Positions 34,901-43,323 of a DNA stretch of 64,000 bases are shown here, piece by piece. Source of the DNA: Dehalococcoidia bacterium (GTDB lineage Bacteria > Chloroflexota > Dehalococcoidia > Lucifugimonadales > UBA3495). The stretch lies in contig OZ253464.1 of the NCBI GenBank assembly GCA_965261355.1, forward strand, positions 1,241,907 to 1,305,906. The letters are read 5' to 3'. A program made the position numbers and the translations under genes. How positions within the stretch are numbered: the stretch's first letter is position 1; each line of letters begins with the position of its first letter. Below the pieces are notes generated by a model. That model did not search any database. It was not told where the DNA came from and was given only the letters and a program-made list of their open reading frames with translations.

Positions 34901-35467
34901 CTAGCTCACGCGCTCTGTGTAGGTGCCGGTGCGCGTGTCCACCCGCACCACGGTGCCCGGCGTGATGAACATGGGAACATTGATCCGCAGACCGGTCTCC
35001 AGCGTGGCTGGCTTGTTGCCTCCCTGGGCCGTGTCTCCCCTCAAGGACGGAGGTGTCTCAGTGACCTCCAACTCCACATGAGTCGGAAGGTTCACGCTGA
35101 TGGCCGCTCCATTGTAGAAGACAACTTCGACTCCCGCATTCTCCTTCAGGTAGCCCAGGGAATCGCCGAGAATCTCAGTGGTCAACTCGTATTGGTCGAA
35201 AGTCTCCTGGTCGAGAAAGTAGTAGAACTCGCCATCGGTGTAGAGGTACTGGGTCGGGCGGTTGTCGATGTCCGCGACGGTGAATCCGGTGTCGTACCGC
35301 TGGAACGTCCGCTCCACAACTGCGCCGCTGAGCAAATTCTTCATCTTGATTCGAGTTACCGGGGCGCGCTGCTGCATCTTGTGGCGCTCGTAGTCCATGA
35401 CCATCCAGGGCTGCCCGTCCAGTTCGATAACGAGGCCCCGGTTCAGGTCGCTGAAGTTGATGCTCAT
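34901..35467 (-). CDS. efp: elongation factor P (non-canonical tip loop)
   Basis: 188 aa with clear EF-P domains II/III (LRGDTAQGGNKPATLETG...VPMFI). The loop that normally reads KPGKG reads HKMQQRAP (nt 35360-35383). Confidence 0.85.
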   Translation of the reverse strand: MSINFSDLNRGLVIELDGQPWMVMDYERHKMQQRAPVTRIKMKNLLSGAVVERTFQRYDTGFTVADIDNRPTQYLYTDGEFYYFLDQETFDQYELTTEILGDSLGYLKENAGVEVVFYNGAAISVNLPTHVELEVTETPPSLRGDTAQGGNKPATLETGLRINVPMFITPGTVVRVDTRTGTYTERVS

Positions 35468-35535
35468 TCAAACCGCCCTTCAGTTATGTCTTAACGCGCG
35501 GGGCGGCAACACCATTCCCCGAAGCGAGCCCTTTT

Positions 35536-36606
35536 CTACTTTGACGCCTTGCTCAGTGGCGTAGCGCCGCCTTCTCCTAGAATCACGATGTCCTCGATCC
35601 GGACCCCGCCCCAGCCGCTGAGATAGATACCCGGTTCCACCGTGAATACTGAGTTTACGTCCAGCGGGTCCTGCGAGCGAGGGCTCACCCGGGGGTTCTC
35701 GTGTACCGCCAGCCCGACCCCATGCCCGAGGCTGTGCCCGAAGTTGTCGCCATATCCTGCGTCCGAGATGACGTCACGCGCCAGTCCGTCCGCCTCTTCC
35801 CCGGTCATTCCGGTGTGGACCTTGTGGATGGCCGTCATCTGCGCGTCGAGCACGATGCCGTAGATCTTGTGGAACATCTCGTCGGGTTCGCCCACCACCA
35901 CCGTTCGGGTGATGTCCGAGCAGTAGCCACCCACCTTCGCTCCCATGTCGATGACGATGGGCTCGCCGCGCAGGATGACCTTGTCGGTGGGCATGTGGTG
36001 GGCCATGGCGCCGTTCGGGCCGGCCGCGACGATGGTGTCGAAGCTGATGCCGTCGGCCCCGGCGTCGCGCATCGCCATCTCCATCCGCCAGGCAACTTCC
36101 CGTTCGGTCATGCCTTCCGTGATGGTGGGACACACCTTCTCCATCGCGATGTCCGATGCGTCGATGGCGCGCTGCAGCAGGACCAGTTCCTCGCCGTCCT
36201 TGATGCTGCGCTGGCTGTCAGTGAGGTCCGAAAATGGCACAAGCTCCACGCCGGAGAGGTCCGTGTCCTCATTGATGGCGCCCATCAGAGAGTTGTAGGT
36301 GGACACCGTCATTGCCTGACTCTCGAATCCCACCCGCTTGGCGCCGGTCTCTTTTAACTGCGAAAGAAGCCAGTCCCAGCCGACTCGCACCTGCTCCACG
36401 TTGAAATGGAGCGCCTGTGCCGTGGCCTGCTCGGTGTACCGGAAGTCGGTGGCCAAGTGGGCCCGGTCGCCGGTGATGTACAGGTATCCGGCGGAACCGG
36501 AAAAGCCCGACAGATAGCGACGATTTTCGGCACCCGAAACTAGGATGGCGTCCACTTCGCGTTCGGGCAACTGGGCGACAAAAGTGGCCAGACGTGTTTG
36601 CATCAT
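35536..36606 (-). CDS. pepP: Xaa-Pro aminopeptidase (M24B)
   Basis: ORF trimmed to ATG 36606 (ATGA overlap with the aroQ stop). The M24 metal-ligand context is DMGAKVGGYCSDITRT...HSLGHGVGLAVHE...EPGIY. Confidence 0.85.
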   Translation of the reverse strand: MMQTRLATFVAQLPEREVDAILVSGAENRRYLSGFSGSAGYLYITGDRAHLATDFRYTEQATAQALHFNVEQVRVGWDWLLSQLKETGAKRVGFESQAMTVSTYNSLMGAINEDTDLSGVELVPFSDLTDSQRSIKDGEELVLLQRAIDASDIAMEKVCPTITEGMTEREVAWRMEMAMRDAGADGISFDTIVAAGPNGAMAHHMPTDKVILRGEPIVIDMGAKVGGYCSDITRTVVVGEPDEMFHKIYGIVLDAQMTAIHKVHTGMTGEEADGLARDVISDAGYGDNFGHSLGHGVGLAVHENPRVSPRSQDPLDVNSVFTVEPGIYLSGWGGVRIEDIVILGEGGATPLSKASK

Positions 36607-37049
36607 TGGGATTCTTCCCCCACTAGGGCGGCCAGTATTTCTAATGCAGCAGTATAGCTTCTCCACCCGAAGCCCGCAATTTGACCGCGGGCTATGTCGG
36701 ACAGCACGGAGTGGCGGCGAAATTCGTCCCGCGCCAAGGGGTTGCTGAGGTGGACTTCTACGAAAGGCAGGCGTGCGTCTATCAATGCGTCCTTGAGGGT
36801 CAGACCGTAGTGTGTCAACGCGCCACCGTTGACTATCAGCCCGTCAACGCGGTCCCGCGCCTCCTGGATGCAGTCGACCAGCGACCCTTCGTGGTTGGAC
36901 TGGTAGAACTCGACTTCGACTCCGATACGTGCCGCCACGGCCCGGATCTCGTCGTTTACTTCGTCGAGGGTTTTGACGCCGTAGAAGCCCGTATCGCGAC
37001 GGCCCAGCATGTTTATGTTGGGTCCATTCAGGATCAGGAACCGGGCCAT
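36603..37049 (-). CDS. aroQ: type II 3-dehydroquinate dehydratase
   Basis: 148 aa with the signature start ILNGPNINMLGRR and EVHLSNPLAREEFR-like segment (EVHLSNPLARDEFRRHS). Confidence 0.9.
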   Translation of the reverse strand: MARFLILNGPNINMLGRRDTGFYGVKTLDEVNDEIRAVAARIGVEVEFYQSNHEGSLVDCIQEARDRVDGLIVNGGALTHYGLTLKDALIDARLPFVEVHLSNPLARDEFRRHSVLSDIARGQIAGFGWRSYTAALEILAALVGEESQ

Positions 37050-37050
37050 A

Positions 37051-38085
37051 CTAAGGCTGGCTCTCCTCTTCCGGTTGCGGCGGGACAGGAGTCGTCGGCT
37101 CGTCGGCCCTCGGGTGATGGGTCAGGTACGCTTCCAGTGCCTCGGACTTGGTGATGTGGGTGTAAATCTGCGTTGTCTGTGGGCTGGAATGGCCAAGCAG
37201 TTCCTGGATCACGCGCAGATCGGCCCCACCTTCCAGCATGTGCGTGGCGAAGGTGTGACGCAGCGTGTGTGGATGCACGTCGTCCCGGGTTCCCGCTGCC
37301 GCCGAATATCGCTTCACCAGCGTTTCGATGCTGCGCCGCGACAGCCGCAGGCCGTAACGGTTCAGGAACAGCGCCTCGGACTTCTTGCTGGGATCGGCCC
37401 CTTCCGCCATCAGGGGGCGCCCCTCGTTCAGGTACCTTGCCAGCGCTCCCTCGGCCGGGCGGCCAAACAGGACTTGCCGCTCCTTGTCTCCCTTGCCGCG
37501 GACGAAGACCGACCGCTGGCCCATGTTGATGTCGGCCGCGTCCATGCTTTGTATCTCGGCCAGCCGGATGCCGCAGCCATACAGCATTTCCAGGATGGCC
37601 TTGTCACGCATCCCGATGGGCGTCGTGTCGTCGGGCGCATCCAGCAGCCGCTCGGCCTCCTTGTGCCCCAGAAAAGACGGCAGTGTTTTGGCAATCTTCA
37701 GCCTGAAGCTCCGACCTGACGGCACTGGGGTCGACTGGAACATTCCCTCCTGGACCAGGAACAGGTAAAAGGAGCGCACGACGGTGAGCTTGCGGGCCAC
37801 GCTCACCCTCTCGTAGCCTTTGCCTCCGTCCCGCTCCGGGGTCGCCAGCCAGGCCAGGTAGCCCCGCAGCGTACTGCGGTCCATGTCTGTCAGCAACAGG
37901 TTGTTCCGCAACAGGTACTCGCGGAAGGCGAGCAGGTCGCTCATGTATACCCGCTCGGTATTCTCGGAGAGCCCGCGCTGGCCCCGCAGGTATAAGGGGA
38001 ACCGCTCGCGATACCCATCGAATTCGACGATGTTCGGCGGTATCTCGCCCGGATCTGCGCGGTCGATTGCGGGACTAGTCGCCAA
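37051..38085 (-). CDS. xerC: tyrosine recombinase XerC/XerD family
   Basis: The catalytic region is HPHTLRHTFATHMLEGGADLRVIQELLGHSSPQTTQIYTH, preceded by an N-terminal SAM-like core-binding domain. Confidence 0.85.
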   Translation of the reverse strand: MATSPAIDRADPGEIPPNIVEFDGYRERFPLYLRGQRGLSENTERVYMSDLLAFREYLLRNNLLLTDMDRSTLRGYLAWLATPERDGGKGYERVSVARKLTVVRSFYLFLVQEGMFQSTPVPSGRSFRLKIAKTLPSFLGHKEAERLLDAPDDTTPIGMRDKAILEMLYGCGIRLAEIQSMDAADINMGQRSVFVRGKGDKERQVLFGRPAEGALARYLNEGRPLMAEGADPSKKSEALFLNRYGLRLSRRSIETLVKRYSAAAGTRDDVHPHTLRHTFATHMLEGGADLRVIQELLGHSSPQTTQIYTHITKSEALEAYLTHHPRADEPTTPVPPQPEEESQP

Positions 38086-40561
38086 CTGTTGCCAACTCCT
38101 CGGTCTGGGCGGGCTGGACTGCCGGCTCCTGCCAGTCGCACACCGTGCAGCTGATGTCGTTTCGGTTCTTCTGCACCATCATTTTGCCGCACTCAGGGCA
38201 GGGCTTGGGGACCGGCTTGCGGTTGGAAAGGAATTCGCATTCGGGATATCGGGAGCACCCCCAGAAGGGCCTTCCGCCCTTGCCTCTTGCCCGCCGTTCA
38301 ACGAGGTCGCCCCCGCACTCCGGACAGGCGACGCCTATCTTGTTCAGCAGGTTGCGGCGATTTTCGCAGGGGTTTTCCTCGGCGTTGTACCCCGTGCAGG
38401 CCAGGAACCTGCCGTAACGTCCAACCCTGATCACCATCGGCCTTTCGCACTTCTCGCACACCTCGTCCGTCTCTTCCTCGAACGGCGTGCCCGAACCCTC
38501 ACCCAGGTCCTTGGTGTTGCGACACTTGGGATACCCGGTGCAGGCCATGAACCTCCCGAAGCGCCCCGTCTTGATTGCCATCGGCTCGCCGCACTTTTCG
38601 CAGACTTCGTCAGTCTCCTCGGCTCGCGAGAACGTTTCGTTTGCCCTGTTCACGGCTTCGTGGAACGGGTCATAGAAGTCCCGGAGCATGGGCACCCACT
38701 CGCGTTCTCCCTGGGCCACGCCGTCCAGCTCCTCCTCCATCTTGGCGGTGAAGTCCAGGTCCATCACGTCGGTGAAATGCTCGGTCAACAGGTCAGTGAC
38801 CGTAATGCCCAGATGCGTGGGAGTCAGCCGGTTCCGTTCCCTATCGACATACTTGCGGTCCACCAGGGTGCCAATGGTGGGCGCGTAGGTGCTGGGGCGG
38901 CCAATGCCCCGCTCCTCCATCGCCCGGATGAGAGTGGCTTCAGTGTAGCGCGGGGGCGGCTCGGTGAAGTGTTGATTGGCTCCCAGTTTGGAGCAATCCA
39001 ACGTATCGCCGGCGTCCAGCGGCGGGAGACTCTTGCTGTCTCCATCGTCAGCCGTATCGTCCTTACCCTCGAGATACACCGACCGGAACCCCGCGAAGCG
39101 CAGAACCGAACCGGAGGCCCTGAAGTTGTATACGTTGTCCGTATGCTGGCAGGCTGCGTCTATGTCGACAGTAGTGGCCTCTGATATGGCATCCGACATC
39201 TGGCTCGCCAGCATCCGCTCCCAGATCAGCCTGTAAAGGTTGAGCTGTTCTCGGGAGAGGAATGATTTCAGCGTGTCCGGGTGCCGGCCAATGGCCGTGG
39301 GCCGTATGGCCTCGTGGGCTTCTTGTGCAGCCTTGGAGCGGCGCGAGTGAGTACGCGGCTTATCGGGCCGGTAGGAGTTTCCATACCTCCCGGCTATGTA
39401 CTCCCGCACTTCGGTTATGGCAGAGGCAGCGACCTGGGTCGAGTCGGTCCTCATGTAGGTGATCAAACCAACGGAGCCTTCTCCCTCGATCTCCAGCCCT
39501 TCATACAGTTGCTGGGCAACGGCCATGGTCCTTTGCGCAGTAAACCGGAGCTTCCGCCCGGCATCCTGCTGCAGGGTGCTGGTCGTGAAGGGCGGCGCCG
39601 GACGCTGCCGCACGTCCCTCTTACGTACGTCGGCAATCTGATATGTAGCATCCGTCAGTTCCGATTCAAGGGCCCGCGCCTGTTCCCCGTTCGGGACGTT
39701 GATGCGTCCGCGCTTGCCTTTGAGGGAATGCAACTGCGCCCCGAATTCGGTCTTGGCGTCCGCGTCCTCTTGCTTCCGCAAGATTGCATCGAGGGTCCAG
39801 GATTCAACGGGAACGAAGGACGTGATCTCCCGCTCCCGGTCAACCACCATCCTCAGCGCAACCGACTGCACCCGACCGGCCGACAATCCGCGCTGCACCC
39901 GCCGCCACAGTAGCGGGCTGATTTCGTATCCCACCAGCCGGTCCAGGATTCGACGCGCCTGCTGCGCGTTGACCAGCTGCATGTCGATTTCCCTGGGCTG
40001 CTGGAACGCTTCTTCCACGGCTTCGCGGGTGATTTCATGAAAGACCACCCGTTTCGGCGCCGAAGCGCGGTCATCCCACTTCGCTGCTGCCTGCAGGTGC
40101 CAGGAAATGGCCTCACCCTCCCGGTCGGGGTCGGTGGCGAGATATATGTTCCTCGCGCCGTCGCCGGCGGACTTGAGGTCCTTCAGCAGGGACCGCTTGT
40201 CCTGCATAACGACGTAGGAAGGTTCGAAGTCCTCTTCCACTTTGACGCCGATCTTGCTCTTCGGCAGGTCTCGGAGGTGTCCCTGCGAGGCAGTGACCAC
40301 ATACTTTCTGCCCAGAATCTGCCCCACCGTCCTGGCTTTGGCCGGCGACTCCACAATCACCAGGTCCTTGCCCTTGGTGCTCGGGGTGGATGAGCGGGAA
40401 GAAGTTCGGGTCGATGAACCACGGGTCTTGCCCGCCGAGCGAGCCGGGGTCTTGGTCTTCGCCGGAGCCTTGGTCTTCTTCGTTGCCGCTGCCGGTCCCT
40501 TCCCGGCAGCGGTTTCCTTGCCTGACTTCTTGCTGGTGGCGCCTTTCGCGTTAGTTGCCAT
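38075..40561 (-). CDS. topA: DNA topoisomerase I with N-terminal Lys/Ser/Thr-rich tail and four C-terminal zinc fingers
   Basis: TOPRIM begins at DLVIVESPAKA (residue 66). Four C4-type fingers are present (for example CEKCGEPM...CTGYPKC). The first 65 residues are basic low-complexity sequence. Confidence 0.9.
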   Translation of the reverse strand: MATNAKGATSKKSGKETAAGKGPAAATKKTKAPAKTKTPARSAGKTRGSSTRTSSRSSTPSTKGKDLVIVESPAKARTVGQILGRKYVVTASQGHLRDLPKSKIGVKVEEDFEPSYVVMQDKRSLLKDLKSAGDGARNIYLATDPDREGEAISWHLQAAAKWDDRASAPKRVVFHEITREAVEEAFQQPREIDMQLVNAQQARRILDRLVGYEISPLLWRRVQRGLSAGRVQSVALRMVVDREREITSFVPVESWTLDAILRKQEDADAKTEFGAQLHSLKGKRGRINVPNGEQARALESELTDATYQIADVRKRDVRQRPAPPFTTSTLQQDAGRKLRFTAQRTMAVAQQLYEGLEIEGEGSVGLITYMRTDSTQVAASAITEVREYIAGRYGNSYRPDKPRTHSRRSKAAQEAHEAIRPTAIGRHPDTLKSFLSREQLNLYRLIWERMLASQMSDAISEATTVDIDAACQHTDNVYNFRASGSVLRFAGFRSVYLEGKDDTADDGDSKSLPPLDAGDTLDCSKLGANQHFTEPPPRYTEATLIRAMEERGIGRPSTYAPTIGTLVDRKYVDRERNRLTPTHLGITVTDLLTEHFTDVMDLDFTAKMEEELDGVAQGEREWVPMLRDFYDPFHEAVNRANETFSRAEETDEVCEKCGEPMAIKTGRFGRFMACTGYPKCRNTKDLGEGSGTPFEEETDEVCEKCERPMVIRVGRYGRFLACTGYNAEENPCENRRNLLNKIGVACPECGGDLVERRARGKGGRPFWGCSRYPECEFLSNRKPVPKPCPECGKMMVQKNRNDISCTVCDWQEPAVQPAQTEELATVGD

Positions 40562-41717
40562 GCGTCACCTCCACGGCCGACGCTTTGACATAGTGCATAC
40601 TACCTACCTGTTCTACAAATCCCTTGATTTCCAGCAATGCCAGCATGCTGGATATGGAAGCAATGGGCATCCCTGATACGCGGCACAGGTCATCGACATG
40701 TACCGGCTTGGCCGACAGACACCGCAGAAGAGCTGCCTCTCCTTCGTCCATTTCGGCGATTTCCGCCTCGCCCATCTCGTTTGACAATTTGCCTTGACCA
40801 TTCGGCTCAGCGACGGTCCTTCCGACAGCAGCCTCGGAAGACTCTGGCGACGGCAGGTTCAATTCTTCCAGAATGTCAGTGTAATCGGCAACCAGTTTGG
40901 CCCCTTCCTTTATCATTCGGTTGGTGAACTGGCTAGCAGGAGAGAAAATGTCTCCCGGAACACAGAACACCTCGCGGTTCTGCTCCAGGGCCTGGTAGAC
41001 GGTCCATCGAGTGCCGCTGCCCTCGGCCGCCTCCACCACCAGTGTACCCAGCGTCATTCCGCTGATCAGCCGGTTGCGGCGGGGAAAACTGCGCGGATCA
41101 GGGCGCATTCCCAGCGGGTGCTCACTGACCACCGCGCCACGTTCCTGAATCTGGCGGAAGAGGCTGGCGTGTTCCTTCGGATAAACGGAATCCAGGCCAC
41201 CCGCTACCACTGCGATGGTACGTCCGCCGCACTCGAGGGCCGCCCGGTGCGCCACGCCGTCGATACCGAGCGCGAGTCCGCTTATCACGGTTATGCCTGC
41301 CGAAGCAAGGTCCCGGCTCAGTACTGAGGCTGCTTTGCGTCCGTACGCCGTTGGACGGCGCGTCCCAACGATTGCCACCGAGCATTCATCCGCGGGGGTG
41401 ATTTCGCCTGTGCAATACAAAACCGGCGGCGGGTCGGAGATCTGCTTGAGGCGAGTCGGGTATTCTTCGCAGTTCCAGTTGGTGGCTGCTACGCCCGCCC
41501 TCTCCAGCGAAGCCATCTTCTCATCGGGATCCAGCTGCCGCCGGGCTGCAACGACCTCCTGCACGGTGCGGGAATCGAGCCCCGCTTCGTTCAGCTCATT
41601 CGGTCCCGCCAGCCACGCCTGCTCCAGATTGTCGAAGTAAGACTCCAGTCTTCGAAAGCGGGCGGCTCCCAATTGCGGTATGGAGCTGAGCGCCACCCAA
41701 TATTTCAGGTCATCCAT
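40551..41717 (-). CDS. dprA: DNA-processing protein DprA (Smf)
   Basis: ORF trimmed to ATG 41717 (MDDLKYWVALSSIPQLG...). A Rossmann-like DprA core (VISGLALGIDGVAHRAAL) and a C-terminal winged helix are present. It overlaps the topA start by 11 nt. Confidence 0.85.
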   Translation of the reverse strand: MDDLKYWVALSSIPQLGAARFRRLESYFDNLEQAWLAGPNELNEAGLDSRTVQEVVAARRQLDPDEKMASLERAGVAATNWNCEEYPTRLKQISDPPPVLYCTGEITPADECSVAIVGTRRPTAYGRKAASVLSRDLASAGITVISGLALGIDGVAHRAALECGGRTIAVVAGGLDSVYPKEHASLFRQIQERGAVVSEHPLGMRPDPRSFPRRNRLISGMTLGTLVVEAAEGSGTRWTVYQALEQNREVFCVPGDIFSPASQFTNRMIKEGAKLVADYTDILEELNLPSPESSEAAVGRTVAEPNGQGKLSNEMGEAEIAEMDEGEAALLRCLSAKPVHVDDLCRVSGMPIASISSMLALLEIKGFVEQVGSMHYVKASAVEVTHGN

Positions 41718-41774
41718 GTTCGCGATTCTAGCACAGCCCAAAATGCGCCAACAACGCAATACGGTCACCTTTCT

Positions 41775-42990
41775 AGGGCTATTGCATTTGGATTTTGGTG
41801 AATTGGGATAGCAATGTGGCGAGGTAGTTGTTGTCCCACCCGGCCCGTTTCAGCTTGCCTCTCATGGATCCTTTGGAGGGTTCCAGCCGGGCCAGGTTTA
41901 GCGCCAGTTTGCGTAGCAGGGCCAGATTGTCCGGGCAGTTGTCCTTCCGGTTCCGGGACTGGTCCTCATTGAACACCACATCCAGCACCCAGTGCAGTTG
42001 GTTCTCGATTCCCCAGTGGGCCCGCGCGATTTGGTTGAACCGCGCCGGCGGAAATGCCTGGCTCAACAGATAGTACCGGCTCTCGACACTGCTATGGCCT
42101 CCCTCCTAGCGGCTGGCGGTTATCTTCCCCACTGCCGCAAGCCCGGGCCACTGGTGCCGCTCCTGCAGCCAGGCCACATCGCTGCTTATGCTGGCCGTCC
42201 GGATCTCGATACGCCCGTGCCCCTTGTTGGTCTGGCTTGCCTGTGCCACGTCTGTGGCCGAATCGTCGAGGAACAGGCGCACATCATCGTTCAGGGACTC
42301 CTGGTTGCCCTTGAGGACCAGTACGTAATCGGCCCCCTGGTCCAGCACCTGCTGGGACAGCCTTCTCTGGCAGTGCATGGCGTCAGCGGTGACCACCATT
42401 CCCGGCAGGGCCAGCATTTCCAGGAGTTTGGGCACTGCGGTTATCTCGTTGGACTTGCCGTCAACGGCCAGTTGCCCCAGCACCAGGCGCTGCTCTGCGG
42501 CCCAGGCATTGACCAGGTGCAGAGGCGACTTGGCCTCGGCGCGGTCATAGGAGCGCCGCAACGTCTTGCCGTCTATGGCCAGGACCCCCTCGCAGCCTTG
42601 GGCAAACTGGCCCATGAACCCCAGAAACCACTTCTGGAATGCCTCTGGGTCCAACAGGCGAAACACCCTGGAGAAGGTGTCGTGGCTGGGGATGCCATTC
42701 CTGAGCGGCAGGAAGGATTCCAAGAACTCCCGCTTTGAGTGGCCGAAGAGGGCCATGTCGGTGCACGTTTCGCCGCCGCATAGGATGGCGCAAAGGGCAA
42801 TGATCAGGATGTCGTGCAGAGAATGCCGCTCTGCGTTTCCGTGTCTGGGATCCTCCAAGGGCTCCAATTCCTCAATCGTCATCCCCATCACCACTGCCTC
42901 CACACAACTCAGCGCCAAAGCACTGTGTCTTCCTCAACACCTGCTACTCTAAAACCTCCAACACCACTCCCCCGCAAATGCGATTGCCCT
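41775..42990 (-). mobile_element. ISAs1-family insertion sequence (~1.2 kb)
   Basis: Terminal inverted repeats AGGGCTATTGCATTTGG (41775-41791) and the reverse complement of 42974-42990 (AGGGCAATCGCATTTGC) match at 14/17. A 9-bp direct repeat GGTCACCTT abuts the right end (42991-42999) and lies 3 nt from the left end (41763-41771). The element encloses an ISAs1/H-repeat-type transposase. Confidence 0.7.
41779..42918 (-). pseudogene. ISAs1-family (DDE) transposase interrupted by a single in-frame TAG
   Basis: ORFs 42106-42918 and 41779-42066 are in the same frame. Reading through TAG (42106-42108) gives ...GKITASR*EGGHSSVESRYYLLSQAFPP...HWGIENQLHWVLDV, which is continuous with the family pattern. 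Confidence 0.75.
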
Positions 42991-43041
42991 GGTCACCTTG
43001 CCCGCCGACGCCCCGCCGTCACTGCCTTAAGCGCAAGTTCG

Positions 43042-43070
43042 TTGACAAGGTTTTGAGGTGGCTGTATAGT
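43042..43070 (+). promoter_or_regulatory. near-consensus sigma-70-type promoter upstream of korAB
   Basis: TTGACA (43042-43047), exactly 17-nt spacer, TATAGT (43065-43070), with TG immediately 5' of the -10. It lies ~250 nt upstream of ATG 43324. Confidence 0.55.
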
Positions 43071-43323
43071 TCATACGCTTAGACACCCGCAAAGAAATGG
43101 GTTGAGGTGTTGGGTTGCGCATCGCGCTCTGCGGTGCCGGCCGGACCCCAGAGGAAGCAATCCGCAAGCTGTCATGACCATCGCAGCTCAACATCCCGAT
43201 AGGAATCGGGATACCCCTTTCTCCCCCCGGACGCCCTTTTTCCTTTTTCGGTTCAACCCATCGTTTTTGCGGCTGTCTGCCAATTTCTTTCGCACCTCAC
43301 AGTGAGCTGGGAGGACTCCCCTT

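Noticed and set aside
43129-43200. Possible SRP (4.5S) RNA in the kor leader, because of GGAAGCA and ...CAAGCUGUCAUGAC resembling the helix-8 3' strand of SRP RNA.
   Set aside because: The 5' partner strand and a GNRA-type tetraloop closing the helix are not present. CC-CAGA-GG with a 6-nt one-sided bulge does not reproduce the symmetric and asymmetric loops. An Infernal scan would settle it.
43102-43305. 67-aa ORF inside the kor leader.
   Set aside because: The start is TTG with no SD. The translation is Arg/Pro/Phe-rich and driven by the pyrimidine tract. A leader-peptide function cannot be excluded but is unsupported.
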